From Geopsychrobacteraceae bacterium (GTDB lineage Bacteria; Desulfobacterota; Desulfuromonadia; Desulfuromonadales; Geopsychrobacteraceae), in the NCBI GenBank assembly GCA_963662315.1, contig OY759353.1:4645196-4709195 (forward strand): a stretch of DNA of 64,000 nucleotides, written 5' to 3'. Under the pieces are notes generated by a model. The model saw only the letters and a program-made list of their open reading frames with translations, ran no database searches and was not told the DNA's origin. A program made the position numbers and the translations under genes. Each line of letters begins with the position of its first letter. The stretch's first letter is position 1. Positions 1 through 9,646 of the stretch are shown piece by piece.

Positions 1-505
1 TTTCGGTTTCTTTTCTTAAGGTAATGTCTTTGAATTGGCAGATGATTGCTGTCGTGCCAATGATGGTTGTCATTGGGGCGGCATTAAGAATATAGTGTCT
101 ATCTTCTCCGTCCTCAGTTGTCATCTGGATGTCATATTCTTTTCGCTGTGGCTTTTTGGCAATTGATCGCGGGCAGTTGTGGGTATGGCAAAGACTGTAG
201 CTCAGCAGGTCGCAGCAATTGTGACCAATGACCTCCTCCGTGGGTAGTCCAAGTAAGTCGAGCATTGCTTGATTGGCACGAATGATGATACCGTCATCGC
301 GAATCACCCAGATTGCATCAGTGACAGAAGCGAATATATGCTCCAGTTCCATGCAATTGATTTCAGCGTAAAGTTGTTTTTGGCTGACTTCGGCAAACAT
401 ATGCTCCAGCGCTTCCATGCTGCTGAGATGCGTTGCACAATCCTTCTTAAGGTCTTCATTCTCTTGCGCTAAACGGGCGATAGCTTGTTCAGTCGAATAA
501 TCCAT
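1..505 (-). CDS. PAS-domain signalling protein, N-terminal part (runs off the left edge)
   Basis: Hand translation from ATG 505: MDYSTEQAIARLAQENEDLKK...IFASVTDAIWVIRDDGIIIRANQAMLDLLGLPTEEVIGHNC...QFKDITLRKETE; PAS-like pattern ending in a DIT motif; open to the window edge. Confidence 0.75.
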   Translation of the reverse strand, partial: MDYSTEQAIARLAQENEDLKKDCATHLSSMEALEHMFAEVSQKQLYAEINCMELEHIFASVTDAIWVIRDDGIIIRANQAMLDLLGLPTEEVIGHNCCDLLSYSLCHTHNCPRSIAKKPQRKEYDIQMTTEDGEDRHYILNAAPMTTIIGTTAIICQFKDITLRKETE

Positions 506-875
506 TATAACCTGTACCGTGGGTATGAACGATTAGAAACCTTGATTGTGCGGACTAGTAATGCTGAAAGAGAGCAAAATACCTTCAGCTGGAAAATGAT
601 GGCCTCTATCTCTTTGGGCTCTGTTTGGCTGATCAATGAATATTTGAAAGGCATCCATTTTATTCTTTTGTATCATACTGAAGTTCAAGATAGCATCAAG
701 CTAATTCTGAGATATCAATTTTGGTTGAGGGTAAAGAGCAGAAACTGCAGTAGTTGAGCCATAAGCTCGGTTTTTTCTAGGCTGGACACGAGATTCAAGA
801 TCGGTTAAAGTAACGCCGATTTTAACCGCCCACCAGCGTGTGGGTACAGACAAAAAATACTAGGAGGATTTGACC

Positions 876-1043
876 ATGGCTTATGTAATTTCTGATGAAT
901 GTATCGCTTGTGGCGCTTGCCAATCTACTTGCCCTGTTGACGCAATCAGCGAAGGTGATATCTACACCATTGACGCTGGTGTTTGTACTGATTGTGGTGC
1001 ATGTGCAGACGCTTGCCCGGTTGATGCTATCTCTGCATCTTAA
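876..1043 (+). CDS. 2[4Fe-4S] ferredoxin (55 aa, below the ORF-track cutoff)
   Basis: MAYVISDECIACGACQSTCPVDAISEGDIYTIDAGVCTDCGACADACPVDAISAS; two CxxCxxCxxxCP motifs; AGGAGG RBS. Confidence 0.95.
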   Translation: MAYVISDECIACGACQSTCPVDAISEGDIYTIDAGVCTDCGACADACPVDAISAS

Positions 1044-1065
1044 TTGTTACGGCAAGACGATGTTG

Positions 1066-1100
1066 AAAGGCGGTGTTACGTATGTAGCGCCGCTTTTTTT
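1066..1100 (+). terminator. Intrinsic terminator after the ferredoxin gene
   Basis: GCGGTGTTAC-GTAT-GTAGCGCCGC stem followed by a T run. Confidence 0.7.
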
Positions 1101-1178
1101 ATGTGGTTACCGCTGTTTTCTGCTTGAGTTGTCTACTGCAGGGGAGGGAAATGACTGGGGTTGAGCTCAGGTATAGTA

Positions 1179-2234
1179 TTACTCACTAACCGGTTTAGAT
1201 GCCGTTACGTTGACACTGAATTCAGACAGGTTCTTTGGCAGGTCTTTAAAAACGATATCAAATGGAATTGTCTGCTTGGCATCCACTTTCATATTGCTTA
1301 AGTTTTTTCCAAACTGATTCCCCATCATTTTCTCCAATTCCTCAAACGGGCGCTCAGCAATTTCTTCGTCTGCGATGGGATTGCCGCAGAAGACTGTCTT
1401 CTGCAGCAACGGTTGACCGCTTTGATCAAAAATTATCCCTTTGACCTGAATGGACGAACGGGCCTGAGAAAAATTATTAGTGGCTTCACCCCGAATCAGG
1501 AACACCTCACCGACATGATTGTTGTGTAGAAATTTTCCCTGCAAATTCGCCAGGGTGATTAAGCCACTTGGCTCGGGGGGAGTGGCTTGTTGGCCCAACA
1601 GCTGCTGTAGGGTGTCATTTAATTTGTCGGGACCGTTAATGTAGACAAATACGCCTACCGCAACCAGAACGGCCAAGATCAAAAGCAGTAGAATTCTAAT
1701 GATGGAGCTGAGCGGAGAGGCTTTTTTCTCTTTCAAATGCTGGTACAGCTGTTCTGTTTCATTCTCTTCCTGATCCTGAGCGGCCATTTTCGGTTCCGGG
1801 ATCTTGGCCTCGTTGATAACCTGTGACATCTCTGGTTCTTCGGATCGGGGAGAAGCTCCTGCTACAGTGCTGTCCTGTGGTTCGGCCTCCGCAAAACGGA
1901 AGTCCTCGTCAGGCTCTGCCTTAAGGGGTACTGTGTTTCCGGTGGCTGTAATGTCGTCGGTCCCGCTGAACGTAAACTCTTCTGGTTCCTGTTGAACATC
2001 CAGTTCCTGGAAGCGCTCATAGCTGAATTCTGTCGAACTGTTTAACGTCTCTTCCTGTTCCGTTTGCAGTGGTGGCTCGGCAACTACTTCCTGTTCTGGA
2101 ATTGCGGCCTCTACTTCTTTTGTTACGGAAAATACCGCTTTACAACGGGCACAGCGAACCTTTGAACCTCCCGCAGGAATCCTGCCGGGATTTATTTTGA
2201 ACTTGGTTGTACACTCGGGGCAGATGATGACCAT
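1179..2234 (-). CDS. Zinc-ribbon (MJ0042-type) / DUF3426-like membrane protein
   Basis: N-terminal CPEC...CARC finger, acidic linker, one TM helix, C-terminal periplasmic domain. Confidence 0.8.
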   Translation of the reverse strand: MVIICPECTTKFKINPGRIPAGGSKVRCARCKAVFSVTKEVEAAIPEQEVVAEPPLQTEQEETLNSSTEFSYERFQELDVQQEPEEFTFSGTDDITATGNTVPLKAEPDEDFRFAEAEPQDSTVAGASPRSEEPEMSQVINEAKIPEPKMAAQDQEENETEQLYQHLKEKKASPLSSIIRILLLLILAVLVAVGVFVYINGPDKLNDTLQQLLGQQATPPEPSGLITLANLQGKFLHNNHVGEVFLIRGEATNNFSQARSSIQVKGIIFDQSGQPLLQKTVFCGNPIADEEIAERPFEELEKMMGNQFGKNLSNMKVDAKQTIPFDIVFKDLPKNLSEFSVNVTASKPVSE

Positions 2235-2365
2235 CGGTTATTCTCCTTTTTCGGTAGGGTCCTGTAATCAAGACCCTTTCCCCCAATGAAGTAAAGGAAA
2301 TATACTTATTTGATTAAGAACCTGAATAAGCAGATATTAATACAAAAAAACGGAGAAGACGAGTA

Positions 2366-2893
2366 TTAATCGGTATCTACCACATAAATATCTGGCAGCT
2401 GTCGGTATTGCTCATCATGGTCAAGGCCGTAGCCGATAATGAAACCATCATCCATGGTCATCCCGATATAATCTGCTTCAATATCAACTTCACGACGTGC
2501 CCGCTTATCAATGAGAGTACAAATTTTAAGGGAACGTGGCTCCTGAAGGAGTAATTTATGATAGAGGCATTCAAGGGTATAGCCACTGTCGACAATATCT
2601 TCAATGATAATAACATTGCGGCCTTTAATCGGCATTTCCAATTCTTTGCGGAACTCGATAATGCCGCTCGACTGGGTGCCTGAACCGTAACTGGCAAGTC
2701 TGACAAAATCGATTACGGTTGGAATTTCCAGTTCCCGAGCAAGATCGGCAATAAACAAAAAGGACCCCTTCAAGACACCGACAAGCATAACCTCCTGGTC
2801 TTTGTAGTCATTAGAGATTTCGCTTCCCAGGCGTTTGATTTCCTGTGCGATCCGTTCTCTACTGAACAGAATTCTCCGGTTACTGTTTTCCAT
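2366..2893 (-). CDS. hpt: Hypoxanthine phosphoribosyltransferase
   Basis: VLKGSFLF, IIEDIVDSGYTL PRPP-binding motif, FIIGYGLD. Confidence 0.95.
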   Translation of the reverse strand: MENSNRRILFSRERIAQEIKRLGSEISNDYKDQEVMLVGVLKGSFLFIADLARELEIPTVIDFVRLASYGSGTQSSGIIEFRKELEMPIKGRNVIIIEDIVDSGYTLECLYHKLLLQEPRSLKICTLIDKRARREVDIEADYIGMTMDDGFIIGYGLDHDEQYRQLPDIYVVDTD

Positions 2894-3214
2894 CCTTAAA
2901 CTGTCTCCTTCTTTGTTTTACATCCGCCTGTCTGGCAGAATGCTTGCAAGTAGTAAATATTCAAGGTGGAAACGGTCAGAAATGACGTGACAGGGCCTTT
3001 GGCAGGTCCCGCAATTACACCAGTAAATGACTGTTTCCAGGTAAAAAGTTAAAATTTTTTGGCCATCTATAGCAGGAAGGTTCTTTGCGTGTCAATTGGA
3101 ACTGCCTCTACTTAAGTTGTTCAGCTCTATATCTTTTATGCTACAATTAAAAATTGTTAGTGTTATTATCCTGGTTCTGCTTAGTAAAATGTTTTCATAA
3201 GGGGGTATCTTCAG

Positions 3215-3892
3215 ATGTTCAGGTTGCTGTGTTGTGTTTTTCTTCTTCTTTTTCCTGCCTCCGTTTTTGCTGCTCCGGCACTACTGGCAGACGGTCAGGA
3301 TTTTGATTTTGGTGCGATCATGCAGGGGGAATCTCTTACCCATACCTTTCGGTTTCAGAATTCCGGAGATGACATCCTGGAAATTTCTTCGGTGCGAACT
3401 TCATGCGGGTGTACTGCCGCGTTATTGTCTACCCGGCGTATTGCTCCGGGAGAAATAGGTGAGCTGCAGTTGACTTTCAACTCTCAAGGGTTCCGTGGCA
3501 AAGTTCACAAGACGATCGAAATGACCACAAACGATCCGCAACAGCCTCTGGTTGTTTTTAACCTGAGAGGAACGGTCGAAATGGAAGTTTTTGTCAGTCC
3601 TGAACGGATCAGTTGGGGGATCGTCCCTAAACCTGAACCGCTGACCTCGCAGCTTGTTCTTAAAAATGAGTCCCGACAAATGGTCACTTTGCAGCCATTG
3701 AAAATCATCGGCAGTGGAATTACTGCTCGGCCTGCGGCTAATGAAGTCCCTCCAGGCGGACAAGTTACCATTGATATCAAGGCGGAATTTGCTGATAATG
3801 CGACTCGTATCTCGGGGTATGTCATTATCCCCACCGATTTTTCACTCGTTCCGCAAATAAGGGTGCCAGTTTCGGCGCGTCTTTCCAAGTAG
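3215..3892 (+). CDS. DUF1573-domain exported protein
   Basis: Signal peptide; FDFG...HTFRFQNSG...TSCGCTA motif. Confidence 0.8.
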   Translation: MFRLLCCVFLLLFPASVFAAPALLADGQDFDFGAIMQGESLTHTFRFQNSGDDILEISSVRTSCGCTAALLSTRRIAPGEIGELQLTFNSQGFRGKVHKTIEMTTNDPQQPLVVFNLRGTVEMEVFVSPERISWGIVPKPEPLTSQLVLKNESRQMVTLQPLKIIGSGITARPAANEVPPGGQVTIDIKAEFADNATRISGYVIIPTDFSLVPQIRVPVSARLSK

Positions 3893-3930
3893 TAAGCAGA
3901 GCATATTATATCCGAAACAAAGGAGATTGT

Positions 3931-4365
3931 ATGAGTGACATCCCTGCTGGGCCAAATGAACGGAGAACATTTCTGGGAATACTTCTAGGGGCTATTGGTG
4001 CTGTCATAGCGGCTGCTTTTGCCTGGCCTCTGTTTCGATTCCTTTCGCCTGTCGATAAAAGTGGGGCTGCCGAACAGGTTCGCGTAGCAAAAGATCAGGT
4101 CGGTAGTGCAAATCCGTACTTTTTTTCGTTCCAGGGACGGCCTGCTGTGCTATTGGAACAGGCACCCGGTGATTATGTAGCATTAAGTGCCGTCTGCACG
4201 CATTTGGGGTGCATCGTCAAGTGGGTTAATGATTCTCAGGAATTTTTATGCCCCTGCCACGGGGGGAGATTTTCCGCAAACGGACAAGTGCTGGGCGGGC
4301 CGCCACCAGAGCCTTTGAAAAATTACTCCGTCACTCTTGATGGCAACGACATACTGATCGGTTAA
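3931..4365 (+). CDS. Rieske [2Fe-2S] subunit of a bc-type complex
   Basis: Tat-like RRTFL plus TM helix; CTHLGC and CPCHGG motifs. Confidence 0.92.
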   Translation: MSDIPAGPNERRTFLGILLGAIGAVIAAAFAWPLFRFLSPVDKSGAAEQVRVAKDQVGSANPYFFSFQGRPAVLLEQAPGDYVALSAVCTHLGCIVKWVNDSQEFLCPCHGGRFSANGQVLGGPPPEPLKNYSVTLDGNDILIG

Positions 4366-4375
4366 GGAGGGCATC

Positions 4376-5476
4376 GTGAATATCCCAAAAGGTATTATGG
4401 ACTGGCTCGATAGTCGACTCGGTGTGCGTGAACTGATGTTCGCCAATATGCAAGGCTATCTTCTGCCACGCAATATCAATATCTGGTATACCCTTGGCGC
4501 CGTTCTTATGGCGATGTTTGGGTTGCAGTTTCTAACCGGTATTTTGCTACTGGTGTATTATGTACCGGATACTGACAAGGCGTTTGCCAGTGTAACGGCA
4601 ATTATGAATGATGTTCCTTATGGCTGGTTGATCCGTTATCTGCACGTTGTTGGATCCAATCTGATCATTGTTGTGCTGTTAGGTCATATGCTCTCTGTCC
4701 TGTTTATGGGGAGCTATAAACGTCCCCGTGAGCTCACCTGGGTTTCCGGTTTCGTGATTTTCAATTTGAGCCTGGCTTTTTGCCTGACCGGTTATCTGCT
4801 CCCCTGGAGCCAGTTGTCCTTCTGGGCGACGACCGTTGCGACCGATGCGGCTGGTGCTGTTCCGGTTATTGGCGACAAAGTCATCGAATTTATGCGTGGT
4901 GGACCAACCGTAGGTGCAGCCACCCTGGGACGCTTTTTTGCCCTGCATGTTATGGGACTGCCCATGATCTTTTTGGGTCTGGTTGGGTTTCACCTGTTCT
5001 GTGTCCGTCGGGCTGGCATTTCGTCCCCCCCGTTTGGTAATGATTACCGTCCGCAGGAGTCCTATTCTTATTTTCATCATGAAGAACATCCGGGCGGGGT
5101 TCCGTTTCATCCCAATTACACCATTAAAGATCTGTCGATGGTCTTTTTTGTCCTGGCTCTGCTGGTTGCCATCACTTTTTATGCTCCCTGGTTGTTTATT
5201 CCACCCGATGCTCTCGAACCGGCCGATCCCTTTACAACTCCGGAACATATCAAGCCGGAATGGTATTTCCTGTGGGCCTACCAGACGCTCAAGATCTTCC
5301 CCAGTAAGCTTCTCGGGTTGGCATCCCAAGGTGCTGCAATGGGGTTCCTGGCGGTGTTACCCTTCTTGGATCGCAGTCCGGAGCGCCGGCCTGCAAAGCG
5401 CCCGATATTTGTGACTTTGTATCTGCTCGGGATTCTGTTATTTGTCGGATTGTCGATTTGGGGGCATTTCTCATGA
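4376..5476 (+). CDS. Cytochrome b subunit (fused b6 + subunit IV type)
   Basis: GWLIRYLH, TGYLLPW, RFFALH, IKPEWYFL motifs. Confidence 0.92.
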   Translation: MNIPKGIMDWLDSRLGVRELMFANMQGYLLPRNINIWYTLGAVLMAMFGLQFLTGILLLVYYVPDTDKAFASVTAIMNDVPYGWLIRYLHVVGSNLIIVVLLGHMLSVLFMGSYKRPRELTWVSGFVIFNLSLAFCLTGYLLPWSQLSFWATTVATDAAGAVPVIGDKVIEFMRGGPTVGAATLGRFFALHVMGLPMIFLGLVGFHLFCVRRAGISSPPFGNDYRPQESYSYFHHEEHPGGVPFHPNYTIKDLSMVFFVLALLVAITFYAPWLFIPPDALEPADPFTTPEHIKPEWYFLWAYQTLKIFPSKLLGLASQGAAMGFLAVLPFLDRSPERRPAKRPIFVTLYLLGILLFVGLSIWGHFS

Positions 5477-6282
5477 AACAGTCTAGCGTATTCATTCGAG
5501 GCATCTTTCTGGCGTATGTGCTGGTTGCGGTTTTCTTTAGTCCGGTCCTGGCTGCAGACGATACAGTCTGTATCCAATGCCATAGTGGGTTGGATGAACA
5601 GTTCGCTGCTCCGGTACAACAGTGGCAGGGGAGTGTTCATCAGAAAAATGGGATTTCCTGTAATGACTGCCATGGTGGGGATCCGACAGATTTCGAAATG
5701 GCGATGGATCCTTCCCGTGGTTTTTTAGGGGCTCCTGGCTATACAGAAATTCCTGACTTTTGTGGCCGTTGTCATATCGGTGTAAAAGAAGATTATATGG
5801 CCAGCGCCCATGGGCAGGCGCTTGATGCTGGTGGCGCGCAATGCGTCATGTGCCATGGTAACCATGCGGTTGCCTATGCCAGTATTGACCTGATCAATGA
5901 AGAAAGTTGTTCACGGTGCCATGATTACGAACGTGCGGCACGGGTCAAGAATGAGATCAGTGATACCGAGGCTACTCTGACGAAACTTGAAAGTTCTGTC
6001 GCCTCATTGCATCGCGTCGGGATTGATACCTCAAAGTTGGAAGAGAGTTTGTTTGCTTCGCGTAATTCATTCCGGCGTCTTTTCCATACGGTAAACATCG
6101 AGCGCATTCACAAACAGAAATCTGAATTCAACGCTGAGTTGCAGGAGACCAAAGCCACGATCAGTGAGTATGAAGAAACTCTCGGCCAGCGAAAGCTGGC
6201 TGGTGGGGGTGTTGTGCTGCTGTTATTGCTTGGCGGTGTCATTGCGCTGCTGATTCGACGCAGTTATCATGATGATGAATAG
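5473..6282 (+). CDS. Pentaheme cytochrome c with C-terminal membrane anchor
   Basis: Five CxxCH (CIQCH, CNDCH, CGRCH, CVMCH, CSRCH); ATGA overlap with the cytochrome b stop. Confidence 0.9.
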   Translation: MKQSSVFIRGIFLAYVLVAVFFSPVLAADDTVCIQCHSGLDEQFAAPVQQWQGSVHQKNGISCNDCHGGDPTDFEMAMDPSRGFLGAPGYTEIPDFCGRCHIGVKEDYMASAHGQALDAGGAQCVMCHGNHAVAYASIDLINEESCSRCHDYERAARVKNEISDTEATLTKLESSVASLHRVGIDTSKLEESLFASRNSFRRLFHTVNIERIHKQKSEFNAELQETKATISEYEETLGQRKLAGGGVVLLLLLGGVIALLIRRSYHDDE

Positions 6283-6311
6283 TTCCAGTTTCTAAATTGA
6301 TTCGCTTAAGC

Positions 6312-6347
6312 AAGAAAAGGCAGTGAGGATTCCCACTGCCTTTTCTT
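6312..6347. terminator. Bidirectional-type intrinsic terminator
   Basis: AAGAAAAGGCAGTG...CACTGCCTTTTCTT inverted repeat. Confidence 0.75.
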
Positions 6348-6448
6348 ATTTCAGGAATCTGATCTTGCCCATATATCTTCAATATCTCACACAACTCTTA
6401 CACTTTGGTGCTATTTATGTGGCAAATTTCATGAAAAGGAGAACTTAC

Positions 6449-6673
6449 ATGGATAGGCACAAGAGTGCTAGCGCCACTTTAGACCCTAATTGTCCCTGTT
6501 TAAGCACGCATGGATGCTGTACGTTGCAGCGTAATGCGCTGCCTGACAAAACCAAACAGCAGCGTTTTTGTCTTACGGATGATTACGATTTCTGCCCGAC
6601 CTATTTGTCGTACCTGTTGACTCATTCTCAATCGTTACGGTGCGACAGTGATTGGTTGGACGCTCAACACTGA
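6449..6673 (+). CDS. Small Cys-rich hypothetical protein (74 aa)
   Basis: AGGAG RBS before ATG 6449; CPC...CC...C...CP...C. Confidence 0.6.
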   Translation: MDRHKSASATLDPNCPCLSTHGCCTLQRNALPDKTKQQRFCLTDDYDFCPTYLSYLLTHSQSLRCDSDWLDAQH

Positions 6674-6732
6674 ATACGGACCTGTATAAACAAAATACTA
6701 TAGCACCTGTCTGGATGATAGTGATTCTAGAA

Positions 6733-6939
6733 TCAGTCATCGTCCAGATAGCTGCTGATGAACCTTTTACCTAGATAGAGTCCTAGCGCCGCCCCAAAGA
6801 CTGCCGTCATGTATGAACCCATGATGCCGCCCCATTTTCCGCATGTCCAGCCAATAGAAGAGCCAGCTGATATCGCAAATATCAAGAGAATTCTCTGCAC
6901 ACTTTCGTCCTTGTTTGTCTGGTCAGTAAGATTTGCCAA
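6733..6939 (-). CDS. Small Gly-rich membrane protein
   Basis: Two short hydrophobic segments; start codon uncertain. Confidence 0.45.
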   Translation of the reverse strand: MANLTDQTNKDESVQRILLIFAISAGSSIGWTCGKWGGIMGSYMTAVFGAALGLYLGKRFISSYLDDD

Positions 6940-7034
6940 CTTTATGGATTTAAGTATTGTTACGTTTTAAGATCGAATGTCAAAAGATTTCGGGTTGCAT
7001 TCTTGCTGACGATGGCGTATATAGTACCTCCCAT

Positions 7035-7111
<77 letters not shown>

Positions 7112-7121
7112 ATCATTAAAT

Positions 7122-7156
7122 AAAAAGGCTAACGCTTTAAAGCGCTAGCCTTTTTT
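7122..7156 (+). terminator. Terminator after the tRNA
   Basis: AAAAAGGCTAACGCT...AGCGCTAGCCTTTTTT. Confidence 0.8.
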
Positions 7157-7220
7157 GTTTGTCTTGCCTTTAACAACTCAATCTGCATCCCCAACTCGAC
7201 TACTCTGTTTGCAGGAAGAT
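7144..7220. repeat. Left island boundary: diverged copy of the kup 3' end and its downstream sequence
   Basis: Minus strand encodes LPANRVVELGMQIEL, identical to the Kup C-terminus; shares GCTAGCCTTTT and CAACTCAATCTGCAT with 39841-39914. Confidence 0.85.
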
Positions 7221-7328
7221 ATTATGCAGCATTTCCTCGAAATGCCCCCGGATAGGAGCCGATCGGAAATTTGCCGTAGATTCTTGTAAAGACCGACAGA
7301 CTCCCAGCAGTAATTTCATTTTGTGGCA

Positions 7329-8300
7329 CTATTTTGCCAATACCTTCGCAAGATCCAACAGACTTAAATCCAGCTGCTTCACGTTGGCTATGACATCTGA
7401 AAGCGGAGTCATGGCGATCTGACCCTTCAGAATCCCCACCAGCACTCCATGTTCCTTTCTGTGAAGATGCTTGCAGGCCGCCACACCGAGGAGACTACCC
7501 AACAGACGGTCAAAAGATATCGGGGCACCACCACGCTGGACATGACCCAGTTTGGTCACACGTAAATCAAAACCCAACCGCTCCCGGTGAACATGGAAGA
7601 AGTCAGCTATCTCCTCGGAATTGTGGCGGGCACCCTCCGCAACAATCACAATGGCGTTTGACTTGCCATTGTCATAGGCCGCCCGAAGATCGGCAGCCAC
7701 GGATTCCATACCTGTTTCTACTTCGGGAATGACCACAGTTTCGGCACCACCGGAAATTGCGGCCATAAGAGCCAGATAACCACAGTTGCGCCCCATGACC
7801 TCAACAAGGAAGGCACGATGATGCGAGGACGCCGTGACCTTGAGTCGATCAATCGCCTCCAGGGCAACATTCAGGGCGGTATTCACCCCGATGGTCATGT
7901 CGGAGCCAACGAGGTCGTTATCGATAGTCGAAGCTATGCCGACGACGGGGAACCCTCGTAGCGATAGTGCGTTAGCTCCAGCCTGGGAACCATTGCCGCC
8001 AATCACAATCAGGCCTTCAATCTTTTTCTGGTGGAGATTGGACAGTGCTTGCAATTGTCCCTTTTCGGTTTTGAATTCAAGACAACGGGCGCTACCGAGC
8101 ATGGTCCCGCCGAGCTGGATAATGCCACCCACGTCTCTCGCTCTTAAGGGAATAAATTCCCTTGAAAGCAGCCCGCTGAAACCGTGCCGAACTCCGAACA
8201 CTTTTCAACCATTCTTAAGCCCGGTTCGCACAACAGCCCGGATAGCGGCATTCATGCCGGAGGCGTCTCCTCCACTCGTCAATACGGCAATTCGTTGCAT
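7329..8300 (-). pseudogene. pfkA: 6-phosphofructokinase with an in-frame TGA at codon 32
   Basis: [39 protein letters not shown]...; TGA at 8205-8207; the rest is intact (TIDND, EVMGR, GHVQRGG). Confidence 0.85.
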
Positions 8301-8322
8301 ATTTTCTCCCGAAACTTAACGA

Positions 8323-8610
8323 TCAAGCTCCTTTCGTAGCGCTTCTCAAAAGATCTTTGATTTCGTCCCAGATCTGTTCCAATCCCTCTTTTATGTCTTC
8401 CCATTCGTCCTCGGTGGTCATCGCGATACTCTGCAGGTTTTCCGCCGCCTGATCACGCTTCAGTTGCAAGGCTGAAATGGTTTTGGCGTATTCAGCCTTT
8501 GCCTCGTTGGTGGCGTTTTCCGCTTTATCCCTGAGGTGGTCGATCTGCTCATCCCATTCGACCATCTGTGCCGATAGTTTTTCGACGAATTTGGTCCTCT
8601 TATCCTTCAT
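8323..8610 (-). CDS. Small coiled-coil stress protein (sll1863-like)
   Basis: EKLSAQMVEWDEQIDHL...EWEDIKEGLEQIW pattern. Confidence 0.7.
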   Translation of the reverse strand: MKDKRTKFVEKLSAQMVEWDEQIDHLRDKAENATNEAKAEYAKTISALQLKRDQAAENLQSIAMTTEDEWEDIKEGLEQIWDEIKDLLRSATKGA

Positions 8611-9572
8611 GGCATTCTCCGATTCGTTGACTCCAGGGTAAAAAAGAACGTTGCCCCCTCGCCTTGAACACTTTCGGCCCAGACCCTACCGCCGTGACGC
8701 TGGATGATTCGCTGCACTGTGGCCAGACCGATGCCATACCCTTCAGCTTTTGCAGAGGAAAGTCGCTGAAAGGGTTTGAACAACCTCTCGGCATCAGCCA
8801 TCGAAAAGCCCGGGCCATTGTCTGTGACGAAATAAACCGGTTTTCCATTAATCCTAGTGAGCCCGAATTCGATGACGGCCTCTGCATTTTCTCCGGTAAA
8901 TTTCCAGGCATTGCCGATAAGATTTTCCAGAACCAGACTGCACAGGTCAGGATTGGCGTTGACCCAAATTCCCTCAGAAATTTTGAAACTGACCTGGCGT
9001 TCAAGTGTCATTAACTTCAATTCCGTAGCCAGCTTTTTCGCCAACCCACTCAGATCAACCCTTTTCCGACGCGGTTCACAGTGGGCACCGCCGAAAAAAC
9101 TGAGAAGGTAGTCGATGCGTCGACTCATATGCAGGGATATTTCTTGAATTTCTTGAAGATATTCTCTGAAACGCTCGTCGGTTTGGGCGTCGCAGAGCTC
9201 CTGAAGGCACTGGGCATAACAACTGATAAGCGTAAGTGGCTGGCGCAGGTCGTGGGACACGGTGGAGTTGAATCTTTCCAGTTCGAGGTTCGCGGCCTCC
9301 AACTCATCCCTGGTTTTGGTGAGTTCGGCGTTCTGAATCTCCAGTTCGATCTGGTGCAGCTGAAGTTCGTGAAGAAGTTTCAGCTGATTCTCCTCACGAA
9401 GGGGGAATGAGGTTTGCTCACTTTGCTCACTAAGCTTTTTTTCCGCCAGCCGCCGCAGAGGTTCTGCTGATGTTTCATATGCATCTAAACTTTGCCGGTG
9501 GAGCGATCGCACTGTTAATGCAGGTGGCAACAGCTTGTTTTTGTGCTGTTCCTGTTGTTTATCGTTGGCCAT
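8607..9572 (-). CDS. Histidine kinase whose only input region is the shared N-terminal helix
   Basis: H box VSHDLRQPL; N box NLIGNAWKF; DNGPGF; GYGIGL. Confidence 0.9.
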   Translation of the reverse strand: MANDKQQEQHKNKLLPPALTVRSLHRQSLDAYETSAEPLRRLAEKKLSEQSEQTSFPLREENQLKLLHELQLHQIELEIQNAELTKTRDELEAANLELERFNSTVSHDLRQPLTLISCYAQCLQELCDAQTDERFREYLQEIQEISLHMSRRIDYLLSFFGGAHCEPRRKRVDLSGLAKKLATELKLMTLERQVSFKISEGIWVNANPDLCSLVLENLIGNAWKFTGENAEAVIEFGLTRINGKPVYFVTDNGPGFSMADAERLFKPFQRLSSAKAEGYGIGLATVQRIIQRHGGRVWAESVQGEGATFFFTLESTNRRMP

Positions 9573-9646
9573 AATTCCCTCCCAAATTTAAATGTTTTTG
9601 ACCTGATGGATACGGAAATACTCAGACATCCGAGACTGTTTTTTTC

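Noticed and set aside
8205..8207. Selenocysteine recoding in pfkA
   Set aside because: The position is not a catalytic Cys equivalent (Trp is the simplest origin) and no SECIS-like hairpin is evident
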